64,000 bases of DNA from NCBI GenBank assembly GCA_951406725.2, contig OX597814.1, positions 182,156,001-182,220,000 on the forward strand, written 5' to 3'. Within the stretch, counting starts at the first letter, position 1, and each line of letters opens with the position of its first letter. Below, in pieces: positions 37,010 to 49,009 of this stretch. The notes beneath the pieces were generated by a model that did not search any database, had not been told where the DNA came from, and was given only the letters and a program-made list of their open reading frames with translations. This DNA is from Octopus vulgaris. Lineage: Eukaryota. Both the position numbers and the translations under genes were made by a program.

Positions 37010-37670
37010 CTTTTATTCTTTTACTTGTTTCAGTCATTTGACTGCAGCCATGCTGGAGCACTACCTTTTGCCAAACAAACCAAGCCCAGGACATTTACTT
37101 TGTAAGCCTAGTACTTATTCTATCAGTCTTTTTTGCTGAACTGCTAAGTTACGGGGATGTAAACACACCACCAACATCGGTGTCAAGCGATGGAGGGGGG
37201 ACAAACACAAACACACAAATACATACATACATATACATACGACGAGCTTCTTTCAGTTTCCGTATACCAAATACACTCACAAGGCTTTAGTTGATATTTC
37301 ATTATCAATTAAAGTTCTCAAGTTCCAATAAGCAACCAGAAAATTGAATGTGCTTTTTGGAAGATGTTTGATAAAGTTCAGGACTGGTGAGCTCAAGTCT
37401 TGTAGGCCCTTTTTGGCATTACCTTGTAAATTATACAGTTCATGAATTTGATAGGGTTTTTATAGTTTAGGGCTACTGCAAGCCATACATTATCAACGGG
37501 AATGTATAACCAAAGAATACGCAATATGTATGTTTGTATGTATGTACAGTGATACCTGGCAGTACGAGTTTAATTTGTTCCATGACTGAGCCCAAAGTGC
37601 CACGCAGTAGGACTGAATCCGAAACCATGTGGTTGGGAAGCAAGCTTCTTACCACACAGCCACTCCTATA
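37010..37670 (-). mobile_element. SINE S1 interrupted by the 285-bp duplicated segment
   Basis: S1 sequence stops at 37290 and resumes at 37592 (CCAAAGTGCCACGCAGT). Confidence 0.88.
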
Positions 37671-38040
37671 TGCTTCTTTAGAATTCACAGCTCATGGATC
37701 CAATTCTAGCCAATATGAACTTTTCTATGATATGAAGATAAGGATGGAATATAGCACATTATTTTCAAATTTTGGTACAAGGCCAGCAATTTCAGGGGAA
37801 GCGGTAAGTTGATTACAATGATCCCAGTGTCCAATCGGTGCTTATTTTATCGACCCCAAAAGGATGAAAGGCAAAGTCGATCTCAGTAGAATTTCAGAAC
37901 GTGCAGACGAATGAAATACCAGTAAGTAATTTTGCCCAGCATGGTAATGATTCTGCTAGCTTGCTGACTCAGGAATACTGTATATTAAGATTTGTTGAAG
38001 CTTTACTAACATACTCATCGAGAAACAGGGTTCTATTTAA

Positions 38041-38293
38041 GAAGAGTGGTCCTGGTGCATGCATTCACGTACTTGCGCATCCGTGCTAGCTAGTCGTGAC
38101 TAGTCGATCTTACCTAGCAAAGTAAATAAAACACAAAATAAATAATTTTTTTACACAAAGTAAATAATTTTTTTAAAACAAAGTAAATAAAACTCAAAAG
38201 CACAAAGTAAATAATTTTTTTAAACAAAGTAAATAAAACATAAAAACACAAAGTAAGGATCGACTGCGAGTATGCGCACCAGGACCACTCTTC
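38041..38293. mobile_element. MITE with 18-bp TIRs flanked by TTAA (Kolobok/Sola3-like, unassigned)
   Basis: TTAA|GAAGAGTGGTCCTGGTGC ... GCACCAGGACCACTCTTC|TTAA; internal CAAAGTAAATAA repeats. Confidence 0.85.
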
Positions 38294-38642
38294 TTAAATA
38301 GTACCGAGAAACAGAATGGTATTATAGATAATGTCTTCGAGTTCATTCCATAATTTTAAGGTGGTTAACTTTTTGATGTAAATCTTTAAAAAAAGTAGTA
38401 GATAGCAACTCTCAAGGTAGAAGGGAGTGACAAGCATATAACAAGGAATATAGCTTTCAGAGATGTTCTTTTCTAAAACTGCATGTTCACTACTACTCAA
38501 GTGAACTTTAAAATGATCAAATGTCTTGAACAAAATACAGTTTCAAAAGAAATATATTTCATGGTTCTTAATAAACTTTCAACTATCTTAGAGTTTTCAA
38601 AATAACCATGGAAATTCCGCTGGCACTGTTAATGTAACTTAA

Positions 38643-38759
38643 CCCTTTGAGCCATGACCTCCCGAACCTTATTTTACCATATACCTGGCACTCCACCGGT
38701 GCTACAGTATAGAGAAAAATAACCCATCCACCAGTATACTGGTGTTCGGGCCCAAAGGG
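38643..38759. mobile_element. 117-bp piggyBac-type MITE
   Basis: TTAA|CCCTTTGAGCC ... GGCCCAAAGGG|TTAA. Confidence 0.8.
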
Positions 38760-39369
38760 TTAATTTTTAATTTCTTGAAATTATCTCCCCTTTTATTGAC
38801 AATTACCAACAAGATTTTGTTTTCTTTCTCCAAGAGGGAAATTCCAACTAATTAAATTTTTTTTTGCATGCTCCACTCAGTAGATCACCCTTTAATTATA
38901 TCCTTAAAGTTATATTTCTCCAAAGTGCACACACTAAAATCAAGTAAACTAAGACAACCTTTAAATCTAAGATAAAAGAACAAAATTCTTATATTGTTAT
39001 TGCTTATCATTCCTAGAATATAGTCAAATAAGAATTATGAGACACATCTCAATGGCTGCAGTGAAATTTGAAATCCTCTCCAACACCATTAACAGCCAAG
39101 CACTTAAACTTCACATCTGTTGTGATTAATATTTAGTTTTTATATGATTATTTAATAACTATTACTAGCAATGTGAACAGATGTGGACTTAATATTAGAA
39201 CATAAATTCAACAAACTTTTCTATTAGGACATTTCTTTCAGGCATAACTTTTACGTCTGTGCTTTTTTATTCCATTAAAAAATTTTACTCAAGTAACTTT
39301 CATCAGATCTCTTGATCAGATTAAATATTATAAATAGAACTTGTTAAACAATAGTCATAGCAATATTTA

Positions 39370-39900
39370 TTCTTTTATTCTTTTACTGGTTTTAGTTGAA
39401 CAAATGGACTCCGAGGCTTTTTAAAAATTCTATTGATCTCTTTTGCTGAACCGCTAAGTTATAGGGATGTAAACACACCATCACCAGTTGTTAAGCAGTG
39501 ATGGGGATACAAACACAGACACAAAGACACATACACATAGATATATATATGAACATATATACGACAGGTTTCTTTTAGTTTCCTTTTACCAAATCCACTC
39601 ACATGGCTTTGGTTGGCCCAAGACACACACACATTGATATATGCATAAACATATGCGACGGGCTTCTTTAAGTTTCCATCTACCAAATCTACTCACAAGC
39701 CTTTGGTTGGTCCGAGACACACACACATAGATATATACATAAACATATACGATGGGCTTCTTTTAGTTTATGTCTACTAAATCCACTGACAAGGCTTTGG
39801 TTAGTAGAAGACATTTGCCCAAGGTGCCACATAGTAGGATTGAACCTGGAACCACGAGGTCGGGAAGCAAGCTTCTTAGCACACAGCCATGCTTGTGCCT
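39370..39900 (-). mobile_element. SINE S1 with triplicated middle segment
   Basis: GACGGGCTTCTT..AGTTT...CCAAATCCACTCACAAGGCTTTGGTTGG-like unit occurs three times in 39520-39805. Confidence 0.85.
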
Positions 39901-40389
39901 GTTTATGGAATTTTTCTTTCCATTGTTTGTTTTTAATAGTTTTGGCTTCTCCATTAAATTCAATAAATTCTGTCATCAATTTTGTATCTGAAGTAATTCA
40001 TTTAAAAAGAAAAAGCATTGATTGTATCTCATTGCTGAATGGTCAAAAGAAGACAAGGAGACTGTTTAGATAAAACAATAAATGGGAGTTAGAAAGAATG
40101 TGTAATTCTCTTTAATTTGCAGCACCTTTATATGAATGAAGACATCAATAAATTTATGACAAAATGAAAAGTGAAGAAGAAAGTTATTTTGAGACAGATC
40201 AATGGATTTAAAAAAAGTTAAAAAGAAAGAATCCAGGAGGAAAAGTAAAATATTCTCCGCAGAAGTTTTTTAAGCATAAAGAATACATGCTGTTCATAAC
40301 CACAGTTTAACAATTAAATAAATTGAGTAAATTTGTCGGCATTTTCGCCAGTCAGCTGCCAATAAATTATTTTGCCTGTCTGCTTTTGG

Positions 40390-40593
40390 TTAGTTATAAT
40401 CTAAGGAACAAATAGGAGTTGAAGGTGCACTGTTATAAGGACAGCTTTCTTCATCATCACTATGATTACCAATGCATTCGACAATAGGTACATGACCACT
40501 GTCCCACATTCCAGTACCACAAAGAGAGCAAAGTCCGTGCAGCGTACAAGGAATCTTAGGAATTTTTCGAAACTGGTGCAAAAGTCCACGAGC
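40390..40593 (-). CDS. TBC1D16: TBC1 domain family member 16, terminal coding exon
   Basis: ttag|ARGLLHQFRKIPKIPCTLHGLCSLCGTGMWDSGHVPIVEC...DYN*; phase 0; matches the recalled TBC1D16 C-terminus (IPCSLHDLCKLCGSGMWDSG). Confidence 0.93.
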   Translation of the reverse strand, partial: ARGLLHQFRKIPKIPCTLHGLCSLCGTGMWDSGHVPIVECIGNHSDDEESCPYNSAPSTPICSLDYN

Positions 40594-40929
40594 CTAAAAT
40601 AAAAAAAATTATAAATTGCATAAACAAACGTGTCACTGATAATTCTGATATTCATGTAAGTATTACAAATTCTTTCATTATTTTATTTGTTTCACTCATT
40701 TGACTGTGGCCATGCTGGAGCACTGTCTTGAAGGGTTTTAGTTGAATAAATTGCCCTCAGGGCTTTTGTTTTTTAAGCCTAGTATTTATTCTATTGGGCT
40801 CTTTTGCCAAACCACTAAGTTACAGGGATGTAAATACACCAACACCGGTTGTTAAGCTGTGATGGAGGGACAAGCACAAACACAAAAGCACACATACAGA
40901 TTATATATATATAAACGATTTTTTTATGT

Positions 40930-41165
40930 AGCCGTTGCCAGTACCGCCTGACTGGCCCTCGTGACGGTGGCATGTAAAAGCACCCACTACACTCTCAGAG
41001 TGGTTGGTGCTAGGAAGGGAATCCAGCTGTAGAAACTCTGCCAGATCAAGATTGGAGCCTGGTGCAGCCATTTGGTTCACCAGTCCTCAGTCGAATCGTC
41101 CAACCCATGCTAGCATGGAAAGCGGACGTTAAACGACAATGATGATGATGATGATGATGATGATG

Positions 41166-41167
<2 letters not shown>
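40930..41167 (+). mobile_element. RTE tail copy
   Basis: Tail motif and (GAT)n; an inverted partner lies at 42020-42310. Confidence 0.85.
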
Positions 41168-41226
<59 letters not shown>

Positions 41227-41304
41227 GATTGATTGATTCTAGTTTCAGCTCACGAGCTGTGGCCATGCTGGGGCACCACCATATATATATATATATATAT
41301 ATTT

Positions 41305-41650
41305 ATACATGGGGTGTGATGGGTAAATTGTTGCCATGTTATATTTTTAATTTCATGCATGAGCATAGTTGTTTTTTTTATTTTGTTGACTACATAGTAT
41401 AGCAGGGTTAGTTGGGCACTGTCTGTGAGAAAAATAGCACCATGACACAATTCACTCTGCCAGAAATTTGGAAATGACATGCTGTACTGCTTGGTATTTG
41501 CGTCGGAAGCTCCAATATGAACACTTCAGAGTGTTTGGGTGTCAATCTGAGGACATGTACTGAGATTGATGAAAATCAAACATCCAGTCAATATTATGGT
41601 GTTGAGTGATCACTAGTGATGGTGATGTTAAGCCTCCATTTATCTTCACA
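41305..41650 (+). mobile_element. Tc1/mariner-superfamily remnant (deleted)
   Basis: MTQFTLPEIWK*HAVLLGI..GSSNMNTSECLGVNLRT HTH-like start and KIKHPVNIMVLSDH-like segment. Confidence 0.55.
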
Positions 41651-41656
41651 CATATC

Positions 41657-41799
41657 TATTTGGTTGGTGTCTTATGATACTAATTGAGGTTTTTGTGATC
41701 TCTTGGTTAGTTAGAAGGCAAGTGCTATGCAGAACCTGCCTTCTGACCAATTGAAAAATCACAAAACTCTAAGGTGCACCATAAGGTACCAACCAAATA
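41657..41799. mobile_element. Short palindromic foldback MITE
   Basis: TATTTGGTTGGTGTCTTATG / CATAAGGTACCAACCAAATA outer arms and GTTAGAAGGCA / TGCCTTCTGAC inner arms. Confidence 0.75.
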
Positions 41800-43292
41800 T
41801 ACACACAAGCAAAATAAGAAGTTGGTAGTACACTAAATTTAGCCTAGTGTGCCATATCCCAGCCTAGTACCATTAAATATCTTAGTAATCATGTAACAAT
41901 TTACCATATGACCAAAGATGAAATGATGGTTTTTTTTTACAAACTGTTAAGACAGATAGAACTTATATCTTATGAAATAGAAATTACCATAAATCCTTCA
42001 TCATAAAAAAAATAACTTACTGATCATCATCATCATTGCTTATCAATCACCTTCCATGATGGCATGGGTGGGATGTTTGACAGGAGCTGACAAGGCAGAA
42101 GCCTGCACCAGGCTTCTGTAACTGTTTTGGCAGGATTTTTACAGCTGGATTCCCTTCCTAACACCAACCACTCAGCAGAGTGGACTTAGTGCTTTTTACA
42201 TGGCACAAGCACAGGCATGGTCAGTTTTAGTAAGGTTTTTACAGCTGGATGCCCTTCAAAATGCCAACCACTTTACAGTGTGGACTGGGTGCTTTTAAGT
42301 GGTACCTGCACTGACAGGGTCATCAAGTACTTGTAAGACAAAAAAAAACTCTTTTGTGAGGAGAGAGGACACTGGAGGAGGTGATCTTGTGTCAGATGAT
42401 GAAAGGTTATAGTGAGACAGAGAGACAGAAACAGGTGTCTTGCTATTTATCATAAAATAGTATCAAATTATATATTGTGCCTATGAAATAATGTTATGTA
42501 CTATACTGTGCTCAACAGACTAAATAGAGTAAAGCACATCACAAAAGGACACAACACAACTACATAAGAATCAATAGTCTAAAACTCTCGAATGAAATAA
42601 GATTAGGTGCCTTGAATATCAGAATTCCCATCTCTCTCAAGGCATACAAACATTCTTTATTTTGTTTTTTTTTCTTAACATTTACCAGTGTAGTGTCTGC
42701 TCATCATGTATATTGAAGCAATCAAGTTATTGCTTCAATCAAAACATTGTCCAATCTGACATTAGCCAAGGCCCAAAACCCTTGTTTTAGGCTTCTGATA
42801 GGAGACAGGATTTGAACTAGCATCCTATCTGGTTCTCTAACAATTCTACCTATTCACCACACTGGATAGATACTTTGTTTATTCACCATAAAAGGGTAAA
42901 AGTGGGATTTGGACTCAAAGTACAATATATATTATCTAGTGCCCCAAACATTAAGTCAATTCATTGCCATAACTTGATTTCTATTAAGTAAAGACAAAAT
43001 GATGCAAGATTTGTGCTTTGACCTTAGTTCACCTAAATTTGTTATTCGTCCTGCAGTTTGTTGTTGTGGGTGTTCTGGTGATTAACTGTATCATATCCAA
43101 GAAGAGATTAATTTCTAATCTGTTTAAAGCTACAGAATCTTGAATTAAGCATTAATTTTATAACTCCCACTCTGACTCATTCTATGAGGTGGATTTGAGA
43201 CGTATGTAGTTTACATTTTATCAAACACATCACATGAAAACATGAAATGCAAAAGTTTTGAATGAAATACTTAATTCAGAAAATATTCTCAC

Positions 43293-43521
43293 CCTTCGTA
43301 AGACTAAATCACCATTCATATGCATTGCCAAACTGCTAAAGTGTAGAAGGATTTCATCTTCAGGCAGACATTGTTCAACAACATCTTCTCCATAGATACT
43401 GACTATAGCCACACAAATAAACAGATGAAAGTAGTCAGTTTGGTAGTGGGCCCAGCAAGATTCCCATATGCGAAGGGCATCTATTTCTGGAAATTCTCGT
43501 TTGAAACACAGTAATATCCAT
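43293..43521 (-). CDS. TBC1D16: TBC1D16 coding exon
   Basis: ttttag|A WILLCFKREFPEIDALRIWESCWAHYQTDYFHLFICVAIVSIYGEDVVEQ...MHMNGDLVLRR|gtgaga; 229 nt. Confidence 0.96.
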
Positions 43522-43639
43522 CTAAAAGACAGAAAAGATTATTAAGCATATATATAAAAAAAAAACAAAAAAAACTTTCAATTGTGTGACTTTCTTTTTC
43601 TTTACATGTATAACCCTCATGAAGGTAGTCAATCAGTGA

Positions 43640-44095
43640 AGGCTGGAGGTGTTCGACAATGACTGTCTCCGCTGCATTCTTTGCTGCTGATGCATTGATT
43701 GGGTTCCTACAGCTGGTCTTCGTCATCACATGAATCTCCGGCCCCTTCCTTCGGTTCTTCTGCAATGGCACTTATGGTGGTTTGGACATGCGACCTGGCG
43801 TCCAGAGGGTGAGCTGACTTGTGATGTCCTCCTCCCACCTCCACTTCCCAACTGGCGCAAACGCACGGGTGGGCAGCTGAAGACCTGGGCAACGACGATA
43901 AAGGAGGACCTCTCCTAACTCTCAGGTCCGCAGGTGGTTGGTCTGCACAGATGGAACAGCGAATGGCTTGCTATCTCCAGTGACCTCACACAGGACTGTC
44001 GGGCGTGGGCTGCCATGGTTCGTGATGCCGTCAGGACCAGAGAAGAAGCCAGATCAACCCACCTTAGGTGAATGCCGTCACAAATAAGTAAGTTA
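43640..44095 (+). mobile_element. 3' end of a second, GC-rich RTE family (SR2-like)
   Basis: RLEVFDNDCLRCIL, LWWFGHATWRPEGEL, WRKRTGGQLKTWATTIKEDL and QDCRAWAAMVRD; (TAAG)n-like tail. Confidence 0.85.
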
Positions 44096-44111
44096 TATGT
44101 ATAAGTAATGT

Positions 44112-44420
44112 GTGAAGGCATGTGGCTTAGTGATTAGGGTATTCAGCTCATGATCATAAAGTCGTGAGCTCAATTTCCAGTGACACATTGTATCCTTGAA
44201 CAAGGCACTTTATTTTACATCCATTCAGCTGGCAAAAATAAGTATTACCTGTATTTTAAAGGGCCAGCCTGTGTCATGCTGAATTTCCTTGAGAACTACA
44301 TTAAAGAGTATATTAGTCTGTGGAGTACTCAGCCATGTGCATATTAATTTCACAAGCTGGCTGTTCCATTGATTGGATCAACTGGAACTCTTATTGTAGT
44401 AAGCAATGGAATACCAGTTA
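44112..44420 (+). mobile_element. Older tRNA-derived SINE with Meta/CORE-like domain
   Basis: GAAGGCATGTGGCTTAGTG head and TGTATCCTTGAACAAGGCACTTTATTT. Confidence 0.65.
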
Positions 44421-45461
44421 TATAAGTGGTGTAGCATCAGGTAATTTAGTTTAATTCCTAGTTGAACTGTTTCAGTTCACTTATTCTCAGTGTCTCTGAT
44501 TTCTGGCTAGAGATAATCTTGGAAAAGTAGACACACTGCAGAGTTGACTGGCACTTGGCTTACTTCATGAAGGCAAAGTAATATTTGAAGGTGACAGCAA
44601 CTCATAAAAATTTCCAAAGAGTTTTGCTTGTCTTTTTTGTTTTTAATCTATAGCAAAATACAAAACTTATTTTGTGTACTATTAAATCTTAAGGATTAAT
44701 AAACACAATGATTGGAAGCACATTTTTATATGTATAAAAAAGCATATGGAAATGCCCCTGATAAACTTAATGGGTTATTGAGTCATTGACAAATACTTTG
44801 CTTTTGTATAAATTTTTAGAATAAATAAAACTAATATTTTCCCATCAGTTTGTATAATGAAAATTTTATAGATTTCTTTTTTCAAGGAAGAGTCAAGTTT
44901 TAGCTGCTAAGAAAGACTTCCTTATTGAAATTTTAACAACAACTATAAAAACTCTGAGAACTACAAATGAAACTTTAGAAAAATGCTGTATAATTTTATT
45001 GTCCTATATTTTTTTAATGTTTAAGAACTCATGCTATTAATTCTTTAGCATTTAAACCAGCCATATCCAGTTTAAATATTGTACTTTTTTTATGTTGAGA
45101 TCAGCCACATCTAGTTTCTCACACCTACCATACAATGCCATTTTAAAAGTGAACTATCACATCATCAAAATCTCAAAGCCACAAGATAATGCATGGTTAA
45201 TTAAAAATGATGTGAATAAATAAGCTTTAATTTGATAGAGTAATCTGAATGCTGAAGAAGATTATAACTTAAAAATTTGCTAATATAACCAAATGCAATC
45301 ATAATTATAGATTCAAAATTAGATCTATAGTCAGAATATAGAAAATGTTGGCTCAGAGTTAATAATGTTCATAAATGTTCTCATTTGATTTTGATCAAGG
45401 TGTTCATAGGTAGCTGATTTCTACAACAGTTTTCTATGTATAGATTACTATATCATTGAAG

Positions 45462-45789
45462 GTGGAGGCACAATGGCCCAGTGATTAGGGCAGCAGACTC
45501 GCGGTCGGAGGATCGCGGTTTCGATTCCCAGACCGGGCGTTGTGAGTGTTTATTGAGCGAAAACACATAAAGCTCCACGATGCTCCGGCAGGGGGTGGTG
45601 GCGACCCCTGTTGTACTCTTTTGCCCCACCTTTCTCTCAATCTTTCTTCCTGTTTCTTGAGTAACACTGCGATAGACTGGCGTCCCATCCAGCTGGGGTG
45701 GGGTGGGGTGGGGAATACATACGCCATAGAAACCGGGAAACTGGGCCCCTGAGCCTGGCTAGGCTTGAAAAGGACGCATAAATAAAAAA
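45462..45789 (+). mobile_element. tRNA(Arg)-like SINE S2b with 12-bp TSD
   Basis: TSD ATATCATTGAAG at 45450-45461 and 45790-45801. Confidence 0.92.
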
Positions 45790-46037
45790 ATATCATTGAA
45801 GAAGTTTTTTTACTGAAATACTCAACTGATATTTTTTGTGTTGTAGAACATAAATTTCTACTTTGGCCTATTTTCTAAGTAAAACCCCAAATCAGGTATT
45901 CAAGTTTACTCTACAGCATTGTACAATCATTGTGAGGGAAAATAAAATGATCATATTTTGCATTTTTAAGACCATTTGAATCACAAAAGAAAAATAAAAC
46001 ATAAGGAAACAATAAAACGACAAAAAAATGTATTAAC

Positions 46038-46135
46038 CGATGGCAGAAGAGTAGTTCCATGGCATCAGCTCCGAGTTTTTCAAGGTGTTCATAGAAAGAA
46101 GGCTGCATTAGGTGTAATAGCTCACGCAGATAGTT
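46038..46135 (-). CDS. TBC1D16: TBC1D16 coding exon
   Basis: ttcag|NYLRELLHLMQPSFYEHLEKLGADAMELLFCH CG|gttaat; 98 nt. Confidence 0.95.
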
Positions 46136-46777
46136 CTGAAATGAAATGAAATGGTAATAACAATAGTAATTTATAATTTTGGGACAGGTACAAATTTTAG
46201 GTTGGGAGGTGCAGGCATGGCTATGTGGTAAGACTTTTGCTTCCCAACCACATGGTTTTGGGTTCAGTCCCACTGTGTGACACCTTGGGTAAGTATCGTC
46301 TACTATAGCTTTGGGCCAAACAAATGTTGTCAATGTGTTTGGTAGAGGGAAACTGAAAGAATCCTGTTGTGTGTGTATATATATGTATGATTGAATGAGT
46401 GTGTGTATGTATGTATGTATGATTGAATGAGTGTGTGTAAGTGTGTATGTGTATGTGTGTGCATGCGCATGTTACCATGTTCTTACTATGACACTGCTTA
46501 GTAGCTATAAAACAAGGGTCATGGTCATGCAAGTAGTATTCATCATTTTCAACCTTCCACGAAAATATATTTGGTCAGAGGGAAATTTACTGTACTTGAG
46601 AACTGATAAGGGTTGGTGACAGGAAGAGCATGTGGCTGTAGGAAATTAGCCTCAATAAATTCTGTCTGCCCCATACAAGCATGGAAAAGTGGATGTTGAA
46701 ATGAAGATGATGATGATGATGTTGATGAGTGTATTAAATTGATTAGTTCCAAATCTTGTTACTTTATTCTGTCAACT

Positions 46778-47084
46778 GTGTGAAGGCACATGGCCTAGTG
46801 GTTAGAGAAAGTGGACTCGCAGTCGAGGGATCGCGGGCTCGAATCTCAGACCAGGCGATGTGTGTGTTTATGTGTGAAGCACCTAAGTTCCATGTGGATC
46901 TGGCAGAAGGTAATGGCGAACTTCTACTGGCTCTTTCGCCACAACTTTCTCTCACTCTTTCCTCTTGCATCAGGCAGCTCACCTGCAACGGACCAGCGTC
47001 CTGTCCAGGTGGGGAACCTATATGCCAAGGAAACTTGGAAACTGGCCCTTATGAGCCAGGCATGGCTCGAGAAGGAACAAACAA
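46778..47084 (+). mobile_element. tRNA(Arg)-like SINE S2a with 13-bp TSD
   Basis: TSD TATTCTGTCAACT at 46765-46777 and 47085-47097; same family as 14314-14624. Confidence 0.92.
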
Positions 47085-47307
47085 TATTCTGTCAACTCCC
47101 AGAAGTGCTAAAAGACAAAAATGACTCAGGCAGGATTTCAACATAGAACTTAAAGTGATGTAAATAGATACTTCAAAACATTTTGTCCACTGTTTTATGG
47201 ATTTTACCATCAACCACTCAATAAGAGTCACAATAAGATTGATAAATAATTAATTGATAATTAATAAAATCATTTATGAAAAAACTAAAATATTCAGACA
47301 AACTTAC

Positions 47308-47494
47308 CAACTGTCTATCCATATCACAATCTTTTGGTGAGCTAACAAAAATGGTCCGTTGCATTAATCCAACAAAACACCAATAGGCATCAACTTCATG
47401 TTGAATTTCTGCTAAAACAGGAGCCAGTAAATCACTCATGCCTTGTGTGTAGCCCATACGGGGATTAGCAATGGCATAATTCAGTAAAATATTT
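47308..47494 (-). CDS. TBC1D16: TBC1D16 coding exon (glutamine finger)
   Basis: ctccag|A NILLNYAIANPRMGYTQGMSDLLAPVL...SSPKDCDMDRQL|gtaagt; 187 nt; YxQ motif. Confidence 0.97.
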
Positions 47495-47664
47495 CTGGAG
47501 AAAAATACATAAAATACCATTAATATATGGAATCCATAAACACTAAGGTGGGAAAAGAAGTAAGAATGAAATAAATAAAATTGTTCTGTATATTACAATA
47601 GATAAAATTATTATAACTTCACTAGTTTGCAACCAAAATAACAATATTATTTTCTCTCTCTTCC

Positions 47665-47711
<47 letters not shown>

Positions 47712-48581
47712 GACAATATGAAGAGCACGATGTGATTGTAATAGATATTTTATTGGTTGAATGATATTTTGACATTTTACCGGTCAAGTTCAAAATGAAA
47801 AGTCATACACAGAAATTCAAATTCAAAATTTGAACAAGGGAAACCAGCATTCCCACATTAATGAAATGACCTCATCAATTTTCAAAAAGAAAAAGAAGGA
47901 AAAAAGAAAAAAAAAGAAAAGAAAAGAAAAAAAGGAAAAAGAATATTTAATGAAACAGTTTTGTGTAAATATGGTGAAATTCTCTTGTCATTTTATTCAT
48001 CCCTTCAGGGTGTGATGTTCATAGCTCACAAAGATATTTCTCCTCATGCATTTTGAGTACTGAAAGTGTAGCAGATTCAGAATATTTTCTGAGAATATGC
48101 ACTTTCAAATCCTTTTCGAAATTGCAACCGTTTGATGTAAAATGTTTGGCAAGTTCTGTCGAACTGCTGTTATTGAGCTTGACATATCTGTGCCCACTGA
48201 AAATATTCAGAATCTGCTACACTGTCAGTCCTCAAAATGCATGAGGAGATATATGTTTGTGAAGGGATGAATAAAGTGACAGGAGAATATCATCATATTT
48301 ACACAAAACCGTTCCATCAAATATTCTTCTTCTTTTTCCTTTTCTTTTTTCTCTTGTTTCTTTTTGCCAATTGCAAACTTGAAAATTGAAGACTGATGAT
48401 GTCATTCCATCAATGTAGGAATGCTGGTTGCCCTCGTTCAAATTTTGAATTTGAATTTCTATAATTTTGAATTTCTTTGTATCACTTTTCATTTTGAACT
48501 CGACAAAGACAGGCAAGCTGTCAAAATATCATTCAACCAATAAAATATCCATTGTAATCACATTGCGCTGTCTGTATTGTC
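47712..48581. mobile_element. 870-bp foldback element with ~380-bp imperfect inverted arms
   Basis: TA|GACAATA ... TATTGTC|TA; arms align throughout (e.g. GATATTTTATTGGTTGAATGATATTTTGACA and its reverse complement); flanked by (TTA)n and (TAA)n. Confidence 0.92.
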
Positions 48582-48629
<48 letters not shown>

Positions 48630-48970
48630 GTAGTGGGGGAGCATCATAGCCATGTGTTGAGAGGGATTCTTTGGGGTTTGAATAATTCACCTCTGGAAAC
48701 ATGGGTGTTTCGTTCAACACCCTTAAACAACCGTTATTCAGGTACCTTTTGAGTGGGATGGGTTACTCGACCTGAAGAAAATTCTAACTGGGCCCCACCT
48801 GCAAGGTCATGTGCTGTTTATCTTGATATGAGATCACCATGTCATGCACATATGGTTGTGATGCATGTGCCTAGTGTACCCTTATCAGACGGGTAGTCAT
48901 GATGGGTATACTGGACTTCGTATATTTTACCCCAGTGTCACTTTGATGGCATGCACTGTTCTCTCACTCA
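48630..48970. mobile_element. Interspersed repeat embedded in (TAA)n, probable end of a microsatellite-targeting non-LTR element
   Basis: 340-bp GC-richer island bounded by (AAT)n on both sides; no TIR. Confidence 0.45.
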
Positions 48971-49009
48971 ATAATAATAATAATAGTAATAATAATAATG
49001 ATGATGATG

